Shown here: piece after piece, positions 28,990-36,364 of the stretch
How the letters are laid out: each line of letters starts with the position of its first letter
How positions within the stretch are numbered: position 1 is the stretch's first letter
Assembly: GCA_045656445.1 (NCBI GenBank)
Contig: JAZORD010000027.1
Coordinates: forward strand, 2,452 to 66,451
Direction of reading: 5' to 3'
DNA from: Eubacteriales bacterium
GTDB lineage: Bacteria; Bacillota; Clostridia; Oscillospirales; CAG-272
Length of the DNA: 64,000 nucleotides
Notes under the pieces: generated by a model
The model's database searches: none
What the model was told of the DNA's origin: nothing
The model's input: only the letters and a program-made list of their open reading frames with translations
Translations under genes and position numbers: made by a program

Positions 28990-30120
28990 TTATTTGTTAA
29001 AAAACTTGATTACGTGCTCTGTTACACGGTGCACATCGTCAACGGTTAATCCGTAATACATAGGAAGGCGGAGCAAACGTTCGCTTTCCCGGGTTGTGTA
29101 ACGATCCTCGCCGTTAAAACGTCCGTATTTTATACCCGCAGGAGCAGAGTGAAGCGGAATATAGTGGAAAACGGTCTGTATTTCATTAGATTTAAGATAG
29201 TTTATAAGCTCAGTTCTCTGCTCGCAATCTTTAACTTTTATATAAAACATATGCGCGTTGTGGCAGCAGTCCGTGGGAATAAAGGGAAGCTCAATAGCGC
29301 CCCTTTCCTCAAGCTGATAAAGGTGGCTATAATAAGTGTTCCAGCAGCTCATTCTTCTATTATATATTTCTCTTTCCTTTTCCAGCTGAGCCCAAAGATA
29401 CGCGGCGTTAATGTCGCTTGGAAGATATGAAGAGCCAAAATCAACCCAAGTATACTTATCTATCTGTCCTCTAAAAAATTTGCTTCGGTTAGTTCCTTTT
29501 TCTCTGACTATCTCGGCTTTTTCTATACTTTCGGGGTCCCTTATAAGAAGCGCGCCACCTTCACCCATACTGAGGTTTTTGGTTTCGTGGAAGGAATAGC
29601 ATCCGAAGTCGCTCAGCGTTCCAAGAGCCTGTTCTTTATAGGTTGAGCCAAATCCCTGCGCCGCGTCCTCAACGACTTTGAGATTGTATTTCTGCGCCAA
29701 AGCATTGATTTTATCCATATCACAGCTTACTCCGGCATAGTGAACGGGAACGATGGCCTTTGTTTTTTTAGTTATTGCATCCTCTATGAGATTTGCGTCG
29801 ATATTCATAGTTTTGGGGTCAATGTCAACGAACACCACCGTGGCTCCTCTTGAAACGAATGCATCTGCCGTGGAAACGAAGGTGTAAGAGGGCATAATAA
29901 CCTCATCCCCCGGTTTAATATCACACAGGATCGCAGCCATCTCAAGAGCGTGAGTACAGGAGGTGGTGAGAAGTGCTTTACTTGTGCCGGTAAATTCCTC
30001 TATCCAACGGTTACATTTTTTTGTAAACTCTCCGTCGCCGCAAATTTTGTGGTTGTTAATCGCATCCTCCACGTAAATTAATTCCTTTCCGACAAAGGGG
30101 GGAACATTAAAGTAAATCAT
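28990..30120 (-). CDS. DegT/DnrJ/EryC1-family PLP aminotransferase, closest in style to dTDP-4-amino-4,6-dideoxygalactose transaminase WecE
   Basis: Long stretches match my recollection of E. coli WecE: VIMPSYTFVSTA, VPVHYAGV.C.MD, FHETKN, REKGTNRS.FFRGQ.DKYTW, AHMFYIK, VFHYIPLH and GEDRYTT.ESERLLRLP. Confidence 0.88.
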   Translation of the reverse strand: MIYFNVPPFVGKELIYVEDAINNHKICGDGEFTKKCNRWIEEFTGTSKALLTTSCTHALEMAAILCDIKPGDEVIMPSYTFVSTADAFVSRGATVVFVDIDPKTMNIDANLIEDAITKKTKAIVPVHYAGVSCDMDKINALAQKYNLKVVEDAAQGFGSTYKEQALGTLSDFGCYSFHETKNLSMGEGGALLIRDPESIEKAEIVREKGTNRSKFFRGQIDKYTWVDFGSSYLPSDINAAYLWAQLEKEREIYNRRMSCWNTYYSHLYQLEERGAIELPFIPTDCCHNAHMFYIKVKDCEQRTELINYLKSNEIQTVFHYIPLHSAPAGIKYGRFNGEDRYTTRESERLLRLPMYYGLTVDDVHRVTEHVIKFFNK

Positions 30121-33095
30121 AGCTTATCCTTTTTATATTTGATTTTTGAAATTACGCATAGAGTAGAAAAGATCGCAATGCTAATGCAAGAAATTACAAG
30201 CCCGAGAGATATCATAGGAGTTCGATACTTAAAAACAACATTATGCTCTCCGGCAGATAATTGAATTGCAGAAAAGGCAATGTCACCGCGAACTATTTCC
30301 ACCTTGACACCGTCAACGTAAGCCGTCCATCCGTCCTCGTAAGGAATTGGCATCATAAGCCATCCGTCCTCGGATGTGTTGACCGTTCCAGTTATATAGT
30401 TGCTTTTGTCCGGTCTTTCGAAATTTATATAAGCTGTCGCTTCTTTTTCGTTTGATAGCCCCTCGGCGCCGTCTAGGATTAAAGAATTTCCAAGAACCTG
30501 TTTTTTTTGGTTTTTATCAAAGGAGATAAAATCCTCATAGCCTATCGTGCTCGTATAAAATTTGCCGAATCCTGACGTAGTATTGTTCCTGTAAACATGA
30601 ACACCTCCGAAGGTTTTGATATACTCGTATTCTGGAACGTCTGTAATAAGGAAATCGGACAAAATGTACTTCACGCCCATAATTGACGTTACGGCAGTGT
30701 TTTTGTATGCATACCTAAAGTCGTAATATCCGTCCTGATACGGATAGTTTCTTAATTCGGGGCAGGCGTTTGTAACGAAATCAATGACGTTTTTATTTAT
30801 TATTGAGTTGTAAACCGATACACCGTAATAGCCCTCAAGCATAGCGTCGTTCCATTTACAAACTCCCATAAAGGTTTTGTCAGTTCGGTGGAAGGAGGTG
30901 TCAATTTGCTCAATGTAATCAAGAGCGTCAATAACGTCAGAGTTGCCCGAATCCTCATAAATACGCAAATCTGCCTCGCAAATTTTTATTCGAGAATTGG
31001 TGGTGATATATCCGTCAATCGATACGTTTGAAACTACCAAGCAAGCAATAAAAGCAATACTAAGCGTTTTTTTGAATTTGGGTTGAGCAGTGTCTTGAAG
31101 AGCGCAGGTTGCAAAAGCAAACAGCATCATTAAAACAATATAAATCGTTGCGGTCTCCCCAACGTCCTTAGCTAAACCTGCCTGCGCGTTTTCGGTCAAA
31201 ATTTTAGCAAACAGGAAAACCGACAGCACCGAGGCGGAGCATATTTGCAGGCGCGCGTGAGACAATCCGCCATTTATCAGCTTGTCAAGGGTGTCCGCAA
31301 ACAACAGGGCGAAGATTGGCATTAATATAAAAGTGTATCTGAAAAAGTCAGTAACGAATCCGTTCAATATAACCGACATCAGCGGATGAAAAATCAAGGC
31401 CGCAATGATGAAAACGGAAGCCAACTTTAAGACTTTAGTCTTAGCGGATTCTTTTCTGTCCAAGAGAATATTCAATAAAAAGATGAAAATGAATGATACG
31501 AAGAAAACAGAGAAGAAAAATTGAGGACTCTCGTAATAATTTAAGCCTCCGGACGGTTTTCCCGCTCCGTTTAGGTTGTTTGAGAAGAATCTTGAGACTA
31601 TTTCCCGAACCATAGCATCATCATAGCGAGGAGCTTTAAAATAGCTCAATAAAACGTCAAAAATCGCCACTTCGCCGCCAACCCGCGCGCTCGTTGTGAG
31701 AATAAGGTAAACGCAGGGGATAAAAATAGCAGCAGACATACCGATGCCAAGGAACACCGAGGCTAAAAGAGCACCGCACCTTTTCACCGCAGGTACGAAT
31801 TCGGATTTTGAATATATAGAAATGATGCGGAACAAAGCGTAGATGGCTGCCATGATAAGAATCATATAGGCAAAATAATAAGAGCTAACCGCAACGCAAA
31901 AAACAGATATAATAAGCCAGATATATCCGTTGCGGTGTTTTAATGCGCGCTCTATTCCAAATAAAACAAAAACGGCACAGATTGGCGCTGTTGCAAAAAA
32001 GTAGTGCTGTCCCCAAAGCATCGTAAAGCCATTGAACGCGAACACGTAGGACGCTATAACCTTTGAGGAGCTTGAAAAATTAAAGCTGGAAAGGTAAAAA
32101 TAACATAAATATCCAGAAACGAAGAGTTTCAGCACCTGAGAAAACGGAAGCAAATATTTAATTGCGTTTTTCCCAAAAATCAGAGTAAGCCAAACAAAAG
32201 GACTGGTTACGTCGGTTTGTCTGCCTAGAATATTGGTGCCAAGACCATAAGAGAAATCCCACATAGAAAAATCGAGCGTCTCGAGCTTCTCCTGCATTGC
32301 CATAAAGAAGGGATAGTATACGTTGCGGGTGTCGCTGCCGATATCAGAATAGATAAATATTTCGCGGCAGAGCAAAAAGTCTTTGAAAACTATAAAAGAG
32401 GTCGCTACCATCAAAGCTGAAAGAACAATTAAGGGACGCTTTGCTATATAATTTTTAGTTTTAGAGAGTGCTTGGAGAACAGTAATATCCGACGCCTTGC
32501 ATCTCAAAATAGTATAGATGCTCAAAATCAATGCAAGTGACACTGCTAAAAATGTCAAAAAGATCCTAAGAAAATTAAAGGGCTGTGTAAATCCCCTGTG
32601 CGTACCAATAAGCTCGCCGGAGCTAACTACGACATCCGCAAGAGAAAACCTTTTGTTTATATCCAAGCGTATTGATTCGTACGTCTCACCGGGCAAAGAC
32701 ACGCAAATCGCATCCTCGCCCTTTTCAATTATCGCAGTAACCGAATTTGTGGCGGAAAACGGCTCGCCTGCCTTGCAGAAGAAGATCTGTATAGCACTTT
32801 CAATATGAGATTTTGACTCAAAACGTATCAAGAGCGTTTTGATGTTTTGGTTTATTCCTGAAATAATAATCTGTGGGTCGTTGTTTATCGGAGTATAGGA
32901 GTTATCCGTTTCCTTGTACCCTTGGCTGTATCTAGGATAGACCTCATCGTCTAAAACAGAGGTTTGTCGTTCGGAAAAATCATACAAGCTGCCCTGCGTG
33001 AAAAAAAACGCCTCTAAAAACAAGGAAAAAAGAAGCGATATTGCAAGAAGCAAAATCAACTTATAATGCTTTTTTAAGAAAACGGATATTTTCAT
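30117..33095 (-). CDS. YfhO-family GT-C-type membrane glycosyltransferase (992 aa) with an extra N-terminal extracytoplasmic domain
   Basis: N-terminal TM, a soluble segment of about 140 aa, about 12-14 TM helices, a C-terminal extracytoplasmic domain of about 250 aa, and a final TM. The SDIGSDTRNVYYPFF...WDFSYGLGTNILG region is YfhO-like. It overlaps the aminotransferase start by 4 nt. Confidence 0.7.
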   Translation of the reverse strand: MKISVFLKKHYKLILLLAISLLFSLFLEAFFFTQGSLYDFSERQTSVLDDEVYPRYSQGYKETDNSYTPINNDPQIIISGINQNIKTLLIRFESKSHIESAIQIFFCKAGEPFSATNSVTAIIEKGEDAICVSLPGETYESIRLDINKRFSLADVVVSSGELIGTHRGFTQPFNFLRIFLTFLAVSLALILSIYTILRCKASDITVLQALSKTKNYIAKRPLIVLSALMVATSFIVFKDFLLCREIFIYSDIGSDTRNVYYPFFMAMQEKLETLDFSMWDFSYGLGTNILGRQTDVTSPFVWLTLIFGKNAIKYLLPFSQVLKLFVSGYLCYFYLSSFNFSSSSKVIASYVFAFNGFTMLWGQHYFFATAPICAVFVLFGIERALKHRNGYIWLIISVFCVAVSSYYFAYMILIMAAIYALFRIISIYSKSEFVPAVKRCGALLASVFLGIGMSAAIFIPCVYLILTTSARVGGEVAIFDVLLSYFKAPRYDDAMVREIVSRFFSNNLNGAGKPSGGLNYYESPQFFFSVFFVSFIFIFLLNILLDRKESAKTKVLKLASVFIIAALIFHPLMSVILNGFVTDFFRYTFILMPIFALLFADTLDKLINGGLSHARLQICSASVLSVFLFAKILTENAQAGLAKDVGETATIYIVLMMLFAFATCALQDTAQPKFKKTLSIAFIACLVVSNVSIDGYITTNSRIKICEADLRIYEDSGNSDVIDALDYIEQIDTSFHRTDKTFMGVCKWNDAMLEGYYGVSVYNSIINKNVIDFVTNACPELRNYPYQDGYYDFRYAYKNTAVTSIMGVKYILSDFLITDVPEYEYIKTFGGVHVYRNNTTSGFGKFYTSTIGYEDFISFDKNQKKQVLGNSLILDGAEGLSNEKEATAYINFERPDKSNYITGTVNTSEDGWLMMPIPYEDGWTAYVDGVKVEIVRGDIAFSAIQLSAGEHNVVFKYRTPMISLGLVISCISIAIFSTLCVISKIKYKKDKL

Positions 33096-33138
33096 AGAAA
33101 ACCTCTAAACATCAAGAATTAAATCACATAAATCCTAC

Positions 33139-33160
33139 TATAATACCATTATAATACCAT
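33139..33160. repeat. Perfect tandem duplication of an 11-mer (TATAATACCAT x2)
   Basis: Copies at 33139..33149 and 33150..33160. On the minus strand each copy reads ATGGTATTATA, which is an extended -10-like element. Confidence 0.9.
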
Positions 33161-33179
33161 ACACTATCTACAAAGTCAA
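33151..33179 (-). promoter_or_regulatory. Sigma-A-type promoter of the glycosylation operon
   Basis: On the minus strand: TTGACT (33179..33174), 17-nt spacer ending in TGG, TATTAT (33156..33151). Confidence 0.5.
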
Positions 33180-33232
33180 TAAAAAGTTTTGATGAATTAG
33201 GACGAGGATTTTGTCAATTTTTGCGAAAGCTA

Positions 33233-33261
33233 TTGACAATCTATACTATGCATTGTATAAT
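33233..33261 (+). promoter_or_regulatory. Sigma-A-type promoter of the GT8 operon
   Basis: TTGACA (33233..33238), 17-nt spacer, TATAAT (33256..33261). It leaves a leader of about 147 nt. Confidence 0.55.
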
Positions 33262-33408
33262 ATTGCGTGAAAGATTTTATTTGCCAAGCTTTGACCGATG
33301 CACCGCGCCTTTGTTTATCTTGAGTTGATAAAAGAGTGGTAGAATGCATTAATTATTCATTATTTGAGATAAGAAAGCTTCGAATGACAACATAAAGGAA
33401 AAAACAAA

Positions 33409-34329
33409 ATGACAGATATGCACATTCCGATATTTTTTTCAACAGACGATAATTACATACCGTATCTCGACGTTGCCATAGCGTCGCTTATAACAAACGC
33501 ATCAAAAGAATACAAATACAGGATCATCGTTTTGAATACAGGACTCAAACCGGAGAATGTTGAGCGGGTTAAGAAAAACGAAAGACCGGGTATTACTATT
33601 GACTTTTTGGATATATCGGATGAGGTAGAGAAGATAAAATCCCGCCTCAAAAACGTATATCATTTTTCGGTAGCAACATATTACAGGCTTTTTATCGCGT
33701 CTCTTTTCCCGCAGTATGATAAAATAGTTTACCTTGACTGCGACCTCGTTGTTCTGGGGGATATATCCGAGCTTTATAACACCGAGCTTGGTGAAAATAT
33801 TTTGGGAGCAGCTCCCGAAGAGTTCGTTCAGAATACCAAGGAATTTCGGGATTATGCAAGGGTGGCTCTCGGAGTTGACCCCGACGGCTACGTCAATGCG
33901 GGAGTTCTCGTCATTAACCTTGAAGAGTTCAGGAAAAACGAGATTGAAAAAAAGTTCTTGAGGCTTATAACCGAATACGATTTCGACCTTCTCGATCCAG
34001 ACCAGGCGTACTTAAACTATCTTTGTGACGGCAAAATTTGCGTTTTGCCAAACGGATGGAACAAAGAGCCTATGCAGGTTCTTTGCGAGGGAAAGAAGAA
34101 CATAGTTCATTACGCGCTTTATAAGAAGCCCTGGCAGTACGACGACGTTCTTGACGGAGAATACTTTTGGCATTACGCTAAGAGCTCACCCTTTTATGAC
34201 ATTATACTTGAAAGAAAAGCGAGCTTTGGAGAACTTGAGCGTGCAGAAAAGGAAGCTATGAAAGATGAGATACTTGAGCATGCAAAGAAAATAACTGCGT
34301 CTGACTATACTTTTTCCAAAAAGCTTTGA
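33409..34329 (+). CDS. Family 8 glycosyltransferase (GspA / LPS 1,3-galactosyltransferase-like)
   Basis: IPIFFSTDDNYIPYL, YYRLF, YLDCDLVVLGD (DxD), and a HY...KPW C-terminal block. Confidence 0.85.
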   Translation: MTDMHIPIFFSTDDNYIPYLDVAIASLITNASKEYKYRIIVLNTGLKPENVERVKKNERPGITIDFLDISDEVEKIKSRLKNVYHFSVATYYRLFIASLFPQYDKIVYLDCDLVVLGDISELYNTELGENILGAAPEEFVQNTKEFRDYARVALGVDPDGYVNAGVLVINLEEFRKNEIEKKFLRLITEYDFDLLDPDQAYLNYLCDGKICVLPNGWNKEPMQVLCEGKKNIVHYALYKKPWQYDDVLDGEYFWHYAKSSPFYDIILERKASFGELERAEKEAMKDEILEHAKKITASDYTFSKKL

Positions 34330-34348
34330 GAAAGCTGAGGACGGCAAA

Positions 34349-35179
34349 ATGGAAAAATCCCCTCATAAGCTGGAGCTTATTAAAAAAATCTCGGAGTTTG
34401 AGAAAAAAGGGCTCTGGCACCTTGACGTAGAGGACGACCCGGAAACCTATCCGCTTATGCCTGACGCGGTGGATTATCTCAACGAGAGGCTCACAAGCAA
34501 AATAAAAAACCAAATCGCAAACCGACTTGGCGCAAGGTTTTTTGACAAAATGATTAAAAACCGAAGGCTCATTATAAAGGAAGTGCGCGGAATTGAGAAT
34601 TTTACTGCGGTAAAAGGCGGTAAAATCATTACCTGCAACCATTTCAATCCCTGCGATAACTACGCCGTATGGGTAGCATTGCGAGAGCATATGGGTGGAA
34701 AAAAGCTGTATAAGGTCATTCGCGAGGGCAACTACACCAACCCCCCGAAGCCCTTTGGTCTTTTTATGCGCCATTGCAACACGCTTCCCCTGTCAAGTCA
34801 GGTGGCAACTATGAAAAAATTTATGAAAGCCGTTAAGACTCTGCTCGAACGGGGTGAATCCATACTTATATATCCCGAGCAGAGTATGTGGTGGAATTAC
34901 CGCAAGCCGAAGCCGATGCAGGACGGCGCTTTTTCTCTTGCCGTTCGCAATAACGCCCCCGTTCTGCCGATATTCATTACTATGGAGGATAGCGACACAC
35001 TTGATGACGACGGATTTTTCGTTCAGGAATACACGGTCAACGTGCTTCCGGCTATTTATCCCGACCCGGACGTTTCCGGCGCAGAAGCAAAGGAAAAAAT
35101 GAAAAATGAAAACTATGAGGCGTGGGTAAGGGTCTATGAGGATTTTTACAAAAAGCCCCTCGTGTACGGTGAAATATGA
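34349..35179 (+). CDS. PlsC-family acyltransferase (lysophospholipid acyltransferase-like)
   Basis: HX4D (CNHFNPCDN) and a YPEQSMW block. 276 aa. Confidence 0.7.
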   Translation: MEKSPHKLELIKKISEFEKKGLWHLDVEDDPETYPLMPDAVDYLNERLTSKIKNQIANRLGARFFDKMIKNRRLIIKEVRGIENFTAVKGGKIITCNHFNPCDNYAVWVALREHMGGKKLYKVIREGNYTNPPKPFGLFMRHCNTLPLSSQVATMKKFMKAVKTLLERGESILIYPEQSMWWNYRKPKPMQDGAFSLAVRNNAPVLPIFITMEDSDTLDDDGFFVQEYTVNVLPAIYPDPDVSGAEAKEKMKNENYEAWVRVYEDFYKKPLVYGEI

Positions 35180-35763
35180 AGCTGTATCTTTCTACGATAG
35201 GTATCGCGATGACGGTGATTTCCGCAATTAACATAGCCTTCGGCGTGGCTGTGTGGTATTACGTCATAGCGTCTGTCGTTTGGTGCACGGCGCTCTGCTT
35301 TGCTCTTGACGGCGGTATAGCGATTCTTATAAATAAAATGCCTGACTGTTGGTTTGGAGTCGATAATCCGCGCTTTGAGGTATCCAAGAGGGAAATGGAG
35401 CTTTACAAAAGGTTGAGGGTAAGGCTATGGAAGGATAAGGTATGGGAACTTGGCGGTCTTGGGGGATTCAGCAAAAAAACCTTGCTTGAGCCGGACAGTC
35501 CGGAATACATAGAAAAGTTTATAATCGAGTGCAATAAAGGTGTTATCACGCACAGGTTATCCTATCCTGCGGGATTTCTCGTAATGCTGACGATGTTGAA
35601 TATTTGCTCCTTTACCGTGGCGCTTCCGGTTGCGGCGGTTAATCTACTCCTTAATATTTTGCCAACTCTTGCCCTCAGATATAACACGCCGAAGCTAAAA
35701 ACGCTTCTAAATAGACTGAGAAAAAAGCAAGAAAGGGCGCGTGAGTGCGCGGATATAATGTAG
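35176..35763 (+). CDS. CrtO-like membrane acyltransferase (glycosyl-4,4'-diaponeurosporenoate acyltransferase family)
   Basis: The C-terminal half (IEKFIIECNKGVITHRLS...LLNILPTLALRYNTPKLKTLLNRLRKK) parallels my recollection of S. aureus CrtO (IEKMIIETKRAELIHW...[27 protein letters not shown]). It overlaps the upstream stop codon by 4 nt. Confidence 0.6.
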   Translation: MKLYLSTIGIAMTVISAINIAFGVAVWYYVIASVVWCTALCFALDGGIAILINKMPDCWFGVDNPRFEVSKREMELYKRLRVRLWKDKVWELGGLGGFSKKTLLEPDSPEYIEKFIIECNKGVITHRLSYPAGFLVMLTMLNICSFTVALPVAAVNLLLNILPTLALRYNTPKLKTLLNRLRKKQERARECADIM

Positions 35764-35811
35764 CAGAAAATTTTCACCACAGAAAAAGGGGCTGTCGCAT
35801 TTAGGCATAAC

Positions 35812-35855
35812 CGAATAAAAAACAAGAGGTATTGTGAAAAAACACAGTACCTCTT
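35812..35855 (-). terminator. Strong hairpin that reads as a rho-independent terminator on the minus strand
   Basis: AAGAGGTATTGTG (35824..35836) pairs with CACAGTACCTCTT (35843..35855), with one G-U pair. On the minus strand it is followed by GTTTTTTATT. Confidence 0.55.
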
Positions 35856-35873
35856 TGACATTATGTGAAAAAT

Positions 35874-35916
35874 CGAGGAACACAGAGGTCGAAAACTTGC
35901 GGTTTTCCTCGTTTTT
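35874..35916 (+). terminator. Terminator of the GT8 / PlsC-like / CrtO-like operon
   Basis: CGAGGAA (35874..35880) pairs with TTCCTCG (35905..35911), followed by TTTTT. The loop is large. Confidence 0.45.
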
Positions 35917-35992
35917 AATTCATTAATTCTTAATGAGACAGCCCCTTTAAAGTTATACGGCATTGCGTTCGGGCTTTTATAAACCTTCCGTA

Positions 35993-36021
35993 TTGACAAG
36001 TCTGTTGCGGCGTTGTATAAT
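35993..36021 (+). promoter_or_regulatory. Sigma-A-type promoter
   Basis: TTGACA (35993..35998), 17-nt spacer, TATAAT (36016..36021). Confidence 0.55.
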
Positions 36022-36085
36022 GAAATCGTGATGGTGCAAACCGCACTGCTGCATGAAAATTATACGTAGCAATGAAGGGTAATAT

Positions 36086-36352
36086 ATGAAAAACGGTTCA
36101 TCTTATTTCAAAAACGACGAATGTGAGTTTTTTCCCTGCCATAAAACATCGGGAGAATACTTTAACTGTATGTTTTGCCACTGTCCGCTGTACGCGCTCG
36201 GCGACAAGTGCGGGGGGAATTTCGTATATATGGAACAGGGCATAAAGGACTGCTCCGGATGCTCCATTCCGCACACCGAGGCGGGACTTGAGCACGTGAA
36301 ATCAAGGCTTCGTCAGGTTTCCGAGATGGCAAAGAACAACAGAAGCAAATAA
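36086..36352 (+). CDS. Cysteine-rich small domain protein (zf-like, PF04071-type)
   Basis: 88 aa containing CEFFPCH...CMFCHCPLY...C...CSGC. Confidence 0.6.
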   Translation: MKNGSSYFKNDECEFFPCHKTSGEYFNCMFCHCPLYALGDKCGGNFVYMEQGIKDCSGCSIPHTEAGLEHVKSRLRQVSEMAKNNRSK

Positions 36353-36364
36353 TGCGTCTTCCGA

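Larger units (their letters stand above)
35785..35948. repeat. 12-bp perfect inverted repeat enclosing two terminator hairpins
   Basis: AAAGGGGCTGTC (35785..35796) and GACAGCCCCTTT (35937..35948). Confidence 0.8.

Noticed and set aside
35562-35999. 145-aa minus-strand ORF across the CrtO-like gene end and the intergenic region
   Set aside because: It spans two terminator hairpins and a promoter and overlaps a supported gene. It has no motif support.
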